Shown piece after piece: positions 24,124 through 32,265 of a DNA stretch of 37,854 nucleotides. Position numbers and translations under genes: made by a program. The notes below the pieces were generated by a model. That model searched no databases, had not been told where the DNA came from, and was given only the letters and a program-made list of their open reading frames with translations. The DNA comes from Phycisphaerae bacterium (GTDB taxonomy: Bacteria; Planctomycetota; Phycisphaerae; SM23-33). The stretch's first letter is position 1; every line of letters starts with the position of its first letter. Location of the stretch: the NCBI GenBank assembly GCA_046538345.1, contig JBKHJB010000002.1, forward strand, positions 1 to 37,854. The letters run 5' to 3'.

Positions 24124-27100
24124 ATGAGTTGGTTCACGAAGCTTTCGTTTGGTGCGGGGGCCGTGTTGATCGTTCTGCTGGCAGCGACCTGTCCCCTGAG
24201 CGCCCAGCAGGAGCCAGTGCAACCGCCCGCGACGCCCGAGCAACCCGTACCCGTCGAGCCGCCAACCGGCGACGAAAGCGAATCGGGGCAGGACACGCCA
24301 CAGCCCCCCGAGCCGGCCGCCGAAGAGGAAGTCGTCGAACCGACCGAGCTGATTGAACAGGAACAGCAGTCGGTTCGGGGCGAGTATTTACCCGAAACCG
24401 GCTATTACAGCGGGGCCGAATCAAACTCTTCGCTCAAGTTTGAGCCGCTCGCGCCGCTTCCGGAACCAATCCGGGGGTCCTACATGGGCACCCTCGATGG
24501 TGTCATGATCGTCGCCGGTGGCACCGGGTATATACCCGAAACGGGCAGCTTGTCCAACTCCGAGTTCCGCGACACCATCTACTACATGGCCCCCGGAGAG
24601 GCCGGCCGGCACGTCCGGTGGCGACAGTCGCCGCTGCAGTTGCCCGCACCGGCGGCGTTCGGAGCGACTGCGGTAACCGGACAGGGACTGGTCTGCCTGG
24701 GCGGATGGACCCCCGACGGTGTGACAAACCGCGTGTTCCGGCTGGTCTGGACCGGCGAAAAGGACCTCAGCAAGATCGTCCGGAAAGCCACCGGCGAGGA
24801 CGAAGACGATGAAGACGAAGAAGAAGCGGAAGAAGGCGACGACGAAGAGCCACCGCGGTTCCTGCGCCACAAGGACGGTAAGTTTTTCGAGGTGGACCCG
24901 GAAGAGCTTTCGAAGCTGCTGAAGGACGAAATCGAGGCGGACGAGCTTTCCGGCCCGGACTACGACATGCCCGACCAGGCCCGCGTTCTGCTTAAAGACG
25001 GTCGCCTGGCGCAGTGGCGCGACGGGGCGATGGTGGACGTCGAGAACGATATGCCCGTCGAGCTTGGAGAGACCACGCTGGTAGAGCTGCCGGACGGGCA
25101 GATCCTCCAGGTCCGCAAGGACAAGGTTCCCGGCCACCTGAAGCTGAAGCAAGGTGTAGAGTGGGACGAGGACGAAGAGGTCTGGAAAGGACTCTACCAC
25201 CTGCCCGAACCGCTGGCGTTCGCCTCGGCGAAGGTGATGCAGGACGGCTACAGCGAAGATTTCCACCTATACGTTGTCGGCGGCTACCGTCCCCCGGCCG
25301 GGGAGAAAGACGGCGAAGACGAGCAGGCAGAGCGCCAGGAGGTCGCCGAAGCAGACACTCAGCCGGCTATCGAGGGAGAACTCGAGCAGCCCAGCGACGT
25401 GGTCACCGTTCCGGTGGACGACAATACCGCGGGTACACTCAGCGACAGGATCTATAGCTGTCTGCTTCCCAAGAAGATCGAGTACACGGGCGTCATAAAC
25501 CGCGTCAAGGCCCACGCCCGAGCACTGCGGGAAGACCCGCGGCAGCGCAAGCCCTCCTGGGAAGTCGTGCACAACAGGACACCGGAAGGCGAGGATGTAT
25601 CGCCACTGGGCGAAGGCGCCATGCTGTCCATGCTTGCGGTCTCCCGAAGCGAGTGGGCGTTCAAGGACGTGCTGTATGTTACCGGTGGCATGCAGCTGGC
25701 CGAGGACGGCGAGGGATACGTTCAGCACCCGGCCGTGTGGCGGTTCGCCCCGGGCGACAAAACCCGCGACGGTTGGTACGAGATGAAGGATCTTCCGCCG
25801 GACCTGGCGGCCTACGACGCCGTGGAGGTAGGCCCGTCGCACATGCTGGTGCTGGCGGAGAAAGACGCCACCTCGGCGCGTACGCTGAACGAAGTGGCTA
25901 CGCGAGATGCCGCCAACAGCTTCTTCAGTTATCACCGGATCACCGAGACGTGGGTGGACCTGACAGGCGACGAGCCGGTACCCGGCGGACAGATGTTCAA
26001 GTCCGGCGAGGATTTCATATGGATAGGTCTCAGTAAGGTCCGTGGTCTGGTCGCAGCCGACGAGGAAAGGACACTTCAAGACGTGGTCGTCGGCGGGGCC
26101 GAAAAGGGCAAGCTGGAGTACGAGGAAAGACACTTCAGCATCATCGATTTCCTTGTAATCGGGCTGTACATCGTGGTTCTGATGTGGGTCGGAACGCGTG
26201 TCGCCCGACGTGACCGGGACACAGACGACTACTTCCTGGGCGGCCGGCGAATCCCCTGGTGGGTCGCCGGAGTGAGCATCTACGCCACGGGCATCAGCGC
26301 CATCAGCTTCATGGCGATACCCGCCAAGACGTATTCGCTGGACTGGTCCTACATCTGTCTGGGTATATTCCCGCCGTTCCTGGTGCTGATAGCGGCATAT
26401 ACGTTCGTGCCGCTGCTGCGGGGTCTGAACATCACCACCATGATGGAATACATGGAGATGCGGTTCGGTAAGAGCGTCCGCACCCTTAACACCCTCATCA
26501 TGGTGATCATCCAGATAGGCGGGCGGATGAGTGTGACCTTGCTGCTGCCCGCCATCGCTCTCAGCGCCGTTACCGGCTGGAACATCTATGCCTGCGTGCT
26601 GGTGATGGGCGTGCTGGCGACCATATACACCGTCGTGGGCGGAATCAGCGCCGTCATATGGACGGACTTCGCGCAGGTGTGCGTCATCTTCGGAGGCGCT
26701 ATTCTGAGCTTCATTATCATCTGCTTGAGCGTTGACGGCGGACTCGGAGGCGTCGTGGAAATCGGCATGAACTTCGACAAGTTCCGTTCGTTCGACTTCG
26801 CCTGGGACTTCACCGTGCCGACGTTCTGGGTCTTCACGGTCTGGGCGCTGGCGGACCTGTTCGGAAAGCTCGGACAGGAGGGCATGCAGCGCGCGTTCTC
26901 CACCAAGGACGTCAGCTCCGCGCGGAAGAGCATGATAACGATGGCCGTGCTCTCCGTACCGGGAACGCTGCTGTTTTACGCCCTTGGTGCCGCCCTGTTC
27001 GCGTACTATCACCAGAACCCCGGTGACCTGAACCCGAACCTGCAGACCGACGCCACGTTCCCCCTGTTCATCGCCCAGAAGCTGCCCGTGGGCGTCGCGG

Positions 27101-27639
27101 GGCTGGTAATCGCCGGTCTGTTCGCCGCGGCCATGTCCACGCTCGACAGCGGAATGAACTCCGTCGCCACCGTCCTCACGCGAGACTTCTATGCCGCCTT
27201 CCGCAAGGAAACCACCGAGGACGAACGGCTGAAGGTGGCCCGCTGGATAACCCTGTTCGCCGGGAGTATCGGTACGCTGCTGGCGTTGTACATGGCCAGC
27301 TTCGAGTTGCCTTCGCTATGGGACACCTTCTCGAAAATCATGTCGCTCATCGGCGGCGGCTTCGGCGGTGTGATTGTGCTGGCGCTGCTGACCAAGCGTG
27401 CCAACACAGCCGGGGCGCTTATAGGCACCATCTTCGGTACCCTCATGATGATCTCGCTGGAAGGTAAGGTATTCGGCTTCCGGGTGAGCTTCTTCATGTA
27501 CGGAACGTTGTCGATGGCGATCTGTATCATAACCGGTTACTTCTTCAGCTTGATAACCCCCACCAAGCCGAAGGATCTGACGGGCCTGACGCTGTGGACC
27601 ATACCGAAGAAGCGGAAAGAACAACTCGATCAGCAGTAG
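24124..27639 (+). CDS. Fusion protein: signal peptide, ~650-aa Kelch/NanM-like beta-propeller ectodomain with acidic inserts, and a C-terminal sodium:solute symporter (SSS) domain
   Basis: ATG at 24124 with AAGGAG upstream. Signal peptide ...LLAATCPLSA/QQ. Propeller-type blocks LAPLPEPIRGSYMGTLDGVMIVAGGTG, GQGLVCLGGW, HLYVVGGY, VLYVTGGM. The SSS domain runs from 26134 (FSIIDFLVIGLYIVVLMWVGTRVARR..DDYFLGGRRIPWWVAGVSIYATGISAISFMAIPAKTY) through more than 12 TM helices to the end. Confidence 0.85.
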   Translation: MSWFTKLSFGAGAVLIVLLAATCPLSAQQEPVQPPATPEQPVPVEPPTGDESESGQDTPQPPEPAAEEEVVEPTELIEQEQQSVRGEYLPETGYYSGAESNSSLKFEPLAPLPEPIRGSYMGTLDGVMIVAGGTGYIPETGSLSNSEFRDTIYYMAPGEAGRHVRWRQSPLQLPAPAAFGATAVTGQGLVCLGGWTPDGVTNRVFRLVWTGEKDLSKIVRKATGEDEDDEDEEEAEEGDDEEPPRFLRHKDGKFFEVDPEELSKLLKDEIEADELSGPDYDMPDQARVLLKDGRLAQWRDGAMVDVENDMPVELGETTLVELPDGQILQVRKDKVPGHLKLKQGVEWDEDEEVWKGLYHLPEPLAFASAKVMQDGYSEDFHLYVVGGYRPPAGEKDGEDEQAERQEVAEADTQPAIEGELEQPSDVVTVPVDDNTAGTLSDRIYSCLLPKKIEYTGVINRVKAHARALREDPRQRKPSWEVVHNRTPEGEDVSPLGEGAMLSMLAVSRSEWAFKDVLYVTGGMQLAEDGEGYVQHPAVWRFAPGDKTRDGWYEMKDLPPDLAAYDAVEVGPSHMLVLAEKDATSARTLNEVATRDAANSFFSYHRITETWVDLTGDEPVPGGQMFKSGEDFIWIGLSKVRGLVAADEERTLQDVVVGGAEKGKLEYEERHFSIIDFLVIGLYIVVLMWVGTRVARRDRDTDDYFLGGRRIPWWVAGVSIYATGISAISFMAIPAKTYSLDWSYICLGIFPPFLVLIAAYTFVPLLRGLNITTMMEYMEMRFGKSVRTLNTLIMVIIQIGGRMSVTLLLPAIALSAVTGWNIYACVLVMGVLATIYTVVGGISAVIWTDFAQVCVIFGGAILSFIIICLSVDGGLGGVVEIGMNFDKFRSFDFAWDFTVPTFWVFTVWALADLFGKLGQEGMQRAFSTKDVSSARKSMITMAVLSVPGTLLFYALGAALFAYYHQNPGDLNPNLQTDATFPLFIAQKLPVGVAGLVIAGLFAAAMSTLDSGMNSVATVLTRDFYAAFRKETTEDERLKVARWITLFAGSIGTLLALYMASFELPSLWDTFSKIMSLIGGGFGGVIVLALLTKRANTAGALIGTIFGTLMMISLEGKVFGFRVSFFMYGTLSMAICIITGYFFSLITPTKPKDLTGLTLWTIPKKRKEQLDQQ

Positions 27640-27657
27640 TATGGACGCGCGTAAATC

Positions 27658-27689
27658 AGGGGCCTGTCGGTTGCATCCGCCAGGCCCCT
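27658..27689. terminator. Stem-loop in the convergent intergenic region (possible bidirectional terminator)
   Basis: Perfect 9-bp stem AGGGGCCTG (27658-27666) / CAGGCCCCT (27681-27689) with a 14-nt loop, between the SSS fusion stop (27639) and the flavoprotein stop (27739). No clear U-tract. Confidence 0.35.
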
Positions 27690-27738
27690 TCACTTGCGCT
27701 GTTTAACCGGTAAAGTCCCGGCGGTGCTCGATGCCTAC

Positions 27739-28296
27739 TCAGGATGTGGGACAGCAGGCAAGCCACTTACCCACGGTCCGCGCGACCTCCCGCTTCATGG
27801 AAAGGTTCTGACGCCGAACCGGCAGCACGTCCACGGTATCCAGACCGGCCTGATTGAGCGTCTGCTCCATATGCTGCGAACACTGCGGCGCTCCGCCGCC
27901 CCCGCCGCCGGCGACACAGACGGCCGTCGCGGGTTTGCCCGCTACGCCGGCCTTGCCCGCCTCGTGACGCGTGATTCGTCGCAACCGGTCCAGAAACGCC
28001 CGCATGCTCTCGCTCAAGCTGCCGAAATATACCGGCGTAGCGAACACGCACACGTCGGAAGCGCGGAGCTTATCGACGAGCGAGGCGAAGTCGTCCTCGA
28101 TGACGCAGCTTCCCTCCGAGCGGCATTGCCCCCACCCCTGCCGATCGCACTGACGGCAGCTATCAAGCTCGCACTCGGTGAGGAAAACCTTCTCCGTATC
28201 ACCACCGGCGGACGAGAAGCCCTCAGCCAGGGCATCGACGACCTGTGCTGTCTGTCCCTGCGGATTGCGACTGCCAAGGAGAATAATGCATTTCAT
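27739..28296 (-). CDS. Flavodoxin-fold NAD(P)H-dependent FMN reductase / iron-sulfur flavoprotein-like
   Basis: MKCIILLGSRNPQGQTAQ (flavodoxin-like first strand and P-loop). Cys cluster CELDSCRQCDRQGWGQCRSEGSC. FATPVYFGSLSESMRAFLDR. ATG at 28296 with AGGAAAG upstream. Confidence 0.75.
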   Translation of the reverse strand: MKCIILLGSRNPQGQTAQVVDALAEGFSSAGGDTEKVFLTECELDSCRQCDRQGWGQCRSEGSCVIEDDFASLVDKLRASDVCVFATPVYFGSLSESMRAFLDRLRRITRHEAGKAGVAGKPATAVCVAGGGGGGAPQCSQHMEQTLNQAGLDTVDVLPVRRQNLSMKREVARTVGKWLACCPTS

Positions 28297-28419
28297 CGTG
28301 TGGCTTTCCTATCGTTTGACCTCGATTACTGTCGGGCAGTACCGAAGGCATCCCGTTGAACGTATGCCCGTCCCGCGCGCAGCGCCAGGTTCCTGTTTCA
28401 AAGTTCCAGGTTCCGATGG

Positions 28420-29877
28420 TTACGCAATAATCTCCGGGAACTGCCCGGCAATCTGTTTGCGGAGGTTCTCATCCAGAAGCGGCTTCGCTTCGGACTCGCG
28501 AAGCTCTTTGACGAAGCGCTTGGCCCGGTCCAACGCCTCGTCGTCCGGCTGCATCTGGTCTCGCTTGTCGCGGTTGGCCAGCCGGGGCATGAAGAACTCA
28601 TCCCGCATGTGGCGGATGGTGTGATCCTCGGTGAGGTAATCCTGTGCCGGGCCCTTCTCTATGAGCATATCCGTCGCCAGTGTATCATCGTCCACCTCGA
28701 TACCTCGCAGGACCCGCTGGCACATACCGAGTATCTCGTCGTCCATCACGAGCTTCTCGTAGCTGACGGTCAGGTCGGCCTCCATAAGCCCGGCGATATC
28801 GTGGATGTAGTTCGCGCCGGACATGGCCACCAGCAAGCTGGACATGCCGCTCTCGTAGGCGGCCTGGATGTCCACGCTCTTGGCGTCGGTGGTCCCGCCG
28901 GTGGAATACAGCGGAATCTCGAAGTGCTGGGCCATCTGGGAGACTGCGGCGTTTATCATCGCCCGCTCGACGGGTCCGCCGAGGTGGTCCATGGTGGTGA
29001 GGTTCGTAATCGAACCCACAGAGCCGCAGATGCCCGGGGCGCCTTTGCGAACGCTCTGAACCATCGCGATGCCGGCAAGAGTCTCGGCCGTGTGCGTCAG
29101 CACGTTGCCCGCCAGTGTAATCGGCGAGGTGGTCCCGCAGATCGGCTCGGTGGGCACAACCACGGGCAGGTTCTCGCCGGCGAGGTAGCAGGCCATCTCG
29201 CCGTAGTCCTTGTCGACCTTGAACGGGCTGATGACCAGCGTGATGAAACTCACGAACGGCTCCGCGCGGAGCTTGTCGGCGTCGCCGGCCACCATCTCCG
29301 CCAGCTTGACGACCTTCCTGCATCCGGCGGGCGAGTAGATCCCGCCCATGACGTGCTTGGTGGTGTTGTTCAGGGCATGGAAGAACCGGTTGGGGTCGAT
29401 ATCATCGGTGGTCTTTACGTCGTGCGGATAGACATTGATCGTGAAAACGTGAATGTTGTCCAGATGCTCTACGAACCGCGCGTTGAGTGCGACGTCCGCG
29501 GTGGTGGCCTCTCGTCGCTCGCCCGTGTCGGGGTCCAGAACGTACAGCGCCGTGCCGCCCGTCCCGTAGTGCACCTTGGAGTCGGTCAGCTCGGCGTTAT
29601 AGTCCTTGTTGTCCCGCGCGTAGAGCGTCACCGACGATGGGTTCGACGCCACCGCATCCTCCACAAGCCCCCGCGGCAGACGCACGGTGTTGCTCTCGGA
29701 GTCCACTTCCGCCCCGGCGGCTTTGAGGGCCTCCCGCGCCGTCGGCGAATAGACCGCCACACCGCCCTTGGCGAGCACCTCCATCGCCGCCTCGGCGATC
29801 TTCCTGACGTCGTCGTCCTTCAGCGGCTTGTAAAGCTGCGAAGGGATACCCGGTTTTTTGTGTTTCTCGTTGGCCAT
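28420..29877 (-). CDS. MttB-superfamily (trimethylamine methyltransferase family) protein, non-pyrrolysine type; probable quaternary-amine:corrinoid methyltransferase
   Basis: ATG at 29877 preceded by GAGGAGG. Blocks typical of the family: REALKAAGAEVD..NTVRLPRGLVEDAV, YGTGGTALYVLDPDTGERREATTADV, NNTTKHVMGGIY. The reading frame is uninterrupted, with no in-frame TAG. Confidence 0.8.
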   Translation of the reverse strand: MANEKHKKPGIPSQLYKPLKDDDVRKIAEAAMEVLAKGGVAVYSPTAREALKAAGAEVDSESNTVRLPRGLVEDAVASNPSSVTLYARDNKDYNAELTDSKVHYGTGGTALYVLDPDTGERREATTADVALNARFVEHLDNIHVFTINVYPHDVKTTDDIDPNRFFHALNNTTKHVMGGIYSPAGCRKVVKLAEMVAGDADKLRAEPFVSFITLVISPFKVDKDYGEMACYLAGENLPVVVPTEPICGTTSPITLAGNVLTHTAETLAGIAMVQSVRKGAPGICGSVGSITNLTTMDHLGGPVERAMINAAVSQMAQHFEIPLYSTGGTTDAKSVDIQAAYESGMSSLLVAMSGANYIHDIAGLMEADLTVSYEKLVMDDEILGMCQRVLRGIEVDDDTLATDMLIEKGPAQDYLTEDHTIRHMRDEFFMPRLANRDKRDQMQPDDEALDRAKRFVKELRESEAKPLLDENLRKQIAGQFPEIIA

Positions 29878-30017
29878 GATGCCTCCTCGTATTCTGGTTG
29901 TAGCGCCGACCGGCGGCAACGACCCCGCGTGAGCTACCAGGAAAATACGTGCGAGCCGGCGAGCGCGGTTGCCGGTCGTCCTCGTGACGACCGCTCGCGG
30001 GGTGGACAGGTCAATGT

Positions 30018-30045
30018 ATTATGCGCGCCGGGCGGCGAATCGCAA
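30018..30045 (-). promoter_or_regulatory. Candidate sigma70-type promoter for the mttB-family gene
   Basis: On the minus strand: TTGCGA (rc of 30040-30045), 16-nt spacer, CATAAT (rc of 30018-30023). This would give a ~130-nt leader. The consensus for this lineage is unknown. Confidence 0.3.
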
Positions 30046-30072
30046 CCGAGGAATGTATCCTGCCCGAAGTGA

Positions 30073-30852
30073 CTAACGCTGGCAATTCGGGCAGTAATAT
30101 GTGCTACGCTGGGCGATGCTCACGCGCCGCACGCGCCCGCCGCAGCGTGGACACTCCCCGCCGACGTCTCGTGAGTGGATCAGCCAACTCCGGGGCATAT
30201 CGCGAGCGTCGGCGCCTCGCTGGATTGCGGTCCGAAGCACGCGACGCATGACGCTGTATAGACGCCCCATGCGTTTGTCGCTCAGCCGAGATGGCTGCGC
30301 TTTGGGGTGGACCCCCGCTTGGAAGAGCGTCTCGTCGGCGTAGATGTTGCCCAGCCCCGCAACGACGGACTGGTTCATGAACGTGCCCTTGACGGCGCCC
30401 CGGCGCGAACCGAACTGTCGAGAGAACTCCTCACGGTCCACTTCCATCGCATCGGGGCCGACGCGGCGCTCGGCGAGGAATCCTTCCACGTCTTTGACGG
30501 GCACGACCCGCCCGAACATTCGCGGGCAGACATACGCCAGGCACCAACCGCCCTGCAACCACAGCAGCACTCGGGCATGGCGAGGGATGCCGTCTGCCCG
30601 GAAATATTCCAGCCGCCCCGTCATGCCGAAGTGCATCGCCAGGTGTCCGTCGCCGGCGACGCGAGCGAACAACCACTTGCCCTGCCGCCAGGGCCGATGC
30701 AGCCGCGCCCCTTCCAGCGTTTCGCGGAGGTCCTTATCGGCGGAGCCGTCAAGGACACGCGTGTCGGTTACTTCCACGCGGCGGATGGTCTTGTGCAACG
30801 CCGTTGATGCCAGGTAGCATCTGAAACATTCCACGTCGGGCAGCTCCGGCAT
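30073..30852 (-). CDS. mutM: Formamidopyrimidine-DNA glycosylase (Fpg/MutM/Nei family)
   Basis: N-terminus MPELPDVE (catalytic Pro2, Glu3), H2TH region, C-terminal zinc finger CPRCGGRVRRVSIAQRSTYYCPNCQ. Start set at the second Met (30852) so that Pro is residue 2. Confidence 0.9.
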   Translation of the reverse strand: MPELPDVECFRCYLASTALHKTIRRVEVTDTRVLDGSADKDLRETLEGARLHRPWRQGKWLFARVAGDGHLAMHFGMTGRLEYFRADGIPRHARVLLWLQGGWCLAYVCPRMFGRVVPVKDVEGFLAERRVGPDAMEVDREEFSRQFGSRRGAVKGTFMNQSVVAGLGNIYADETLFQAGVHPKAQPSRLSDKRMGRLYSVMRRVLRTAIQRGADARDMPRSWLIHSRDVGGECPRCGGRVRRVSIAQRSTYYCPNCQR

Positions 30853-30882
30853 CACGTGGACCTTTCGTCGCAGTTGCGGGGC

Positions 30883-32052
30883 TTACTCGGTCGGTAGTTC
30901 CGGCGGATGGGCCCGCTTGGACTCGCTCTCCAGCTCCAGCTTGAGCGAGAGGAAGTCCATCAGGTCCTTCAGCGAAAGCATCCCCGCCAGCTCGCCGTTT
31001 TCGACAACCATCATTCTACTGGCGCCACTGCTGCTCATGTGACTCAGCGCGTGAACGGCATCCGTATCGGCACTGATGGTATTGTCCTCGCTGCACGGCT
31101 CGATGATATCACCAACGGTCGTGGCTGGCCAACGGTCGCGCGGAACGTCGCTGACATGCCGTGTGGTCACGCAGCCGGCGAGTCGGCCGGTCTCGTCCAC
31201 CACCGGGAACATCTTGAAGTGCAGCCGATAGACGTAGTCCTCGACCAGCCGTTCCAGCGGCGTCGAGGGTGTGACATACACGGGATTGTCGTTCATGAAC
31301 CGGCGGACCGGCTCGCCCTTGAGCGCCTCGCGTATTATGACCTGCTGGTAGCCCTGCTTGGCGGCCGCTCGCAGGAACATGCCGATGAAAATCCACCACA
31401 GACCGCCCAGCGCGCTGCCGAACAGCAGCGTGACGAAACCCAGTCCTATCAGAACCAGACCGAACGTGGCGCCTACTCGTGACGCCGCACTGGTGGCCCA
31501 CCTCAGATCGCCCTTTATCTGCCACAGCACCGACCGCAGTACCCGCCCACCGTCCAGTGGGAAGCCCGGTATCAGGTTGAAGGCCACGAGAATCGCGTTG
31601 ATGAGCGCTATCCAGCCGAGCACGCCGGCGACGGTTTTCGGTCCTTCCGCGAACATCACAAGAGCCGATGCGCCAAACGCCACACCCGCCAACAGCACAC
31701 TGGAAAGCGGACCGGCGATGGCCATCATGAACTCCGCCTTGGCGCTGGGCGGCTCCTCGGACATCTCCGCGACGCCGCCGAAGATGAACAGCGTAATGCC
31801 TTTCATCGGCAGCCCGTACCGACGCGCGACCAGAGAGTGGCAAAGCTCGTGAAACACGATGGACACGAACAGACCGGCCGCCCCGCCCAGGCCCATCGCC
31901 AGATAAGCCCAATTACTCAGGTTCGGGTACTGATCGGGGAAAACCGCGGCCGACAGCGACCACACCACCAGAGCGATAATAATCAACCAGCTCAGGTCGA
32001 TCTTTACCTCGAAGCCGAACAAACTGAACAGTCTGAAGGTCTTGCCAAACAT
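30883..32052 (-). CDS. Site-2 protease family (peptidase M50) membrane metalloprotease with a C-terminal CBS pair
   Basis: ATG at 32052 preceded by AAAGGAA. HELCHSLVARRYG (HExxH), FGGVAEM, LIPGFPLDGGRVL (second metal-ligand region). CBS-like C-terminus (VYVTPSTPLERLV..., MMVVENGELAGMLSLKDLM). Confidence 0.88.
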   Translation of the reverse strand: MFGKTFRLFSLFGFEVKIDLSWLIIIALVVWSLSAAVFPDQYPNLSNWAYLAMGLGGAAGLFVSIVFHELCHSLVARRYGLPMKGITLFIFGGVAEMSEEPPSAKAEFMMAIAGPLSSVLLAGVAFGASALVMFAEGPKTVAGVLGWIALINAILVAFNLIPGFPLDGGRVLRSVLWQIKGDLRWATSAASRVGATFGLVLIGLGFVTLLFGSALGGLWWIFIGMFLRAAAKQGYQQVIIREALKGEPVRRFMNDNPVYVTPSTPLERLVEDYVYRLHFKMFPVVDETGRLAGCVTTRHVSDVPRDRWPATTVGDIIEPCSEDNTISADTDAVHALSHMSSSGASRMMVVENGELAGMLSLKDLMDFLSLKLELESESKRAHPPELPTE

Positions 32053-32189
32053 CCGGTTCCTTTCATTGCATTTGCCGCCGTCCCAAGCGAGCGACGGCGG
32101 CTTCTGTTTCAACCGTCATTGTATGCGAGTCGGTGAGGTGCGGCTAAGCACTGTTTGCTCGTGGACGGTAGTGGGCTGCAATTCAACTC

Positions 32190-32217
32190 TTGACGCGACC
32201 GGGGGCGTCGCGAGAAT
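32190..32217 (+). promoter_or_regulatory. Candidate sigma70-type promoter for the guaA-like/carAB operon, with a palindrome in the spacer
   Basis: TTGACG (32190-32195), 16-nt spacer, GAGAAT (32212-32217). The spacer contains CGCGAC-N7-GTCGCG. AAGGAG (32251-32256) and the ATG at 32266 lie downstream. Confidence 0.3.
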
Positions 32218-32265
32218 GCCCCTGACCCAAAGGCAGCTTTCGGCATTGTGAAGGAGACATACCGG

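Noticed and set aside
25267-27012. Long minus-strand ORFs antisense to the SSS fusion and carB (25267-27012 at 581 aa, 35337-37034 at 565 aa), and plus-strand ORFs antisense to the mttB-family, GH42-like and CDF genes (28609-30072, 16308-17744, 21528-22844)
   Set aside because: Same shadow-ORF composition. In each case the opposite strand encodes a protein with strong family motifs.
28385-28414. Sigma-54 promoter reading of the GGAACC repeats (minus strand CTGGAAC...)
   Set aside because: There is no TGGCAC-N5-TTGC arrangement. The GG and GC elements are not at the required spacing.
28420-29877. Possible pyrrolysine (in-frame UAG) in the MttB-family gene
   Set aside because: The reading frame is continuous from the ATG at 29877 to the stop with no internal TAG. 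It is therefore a non-Pyl family member, and no pyl genes are present in the window.
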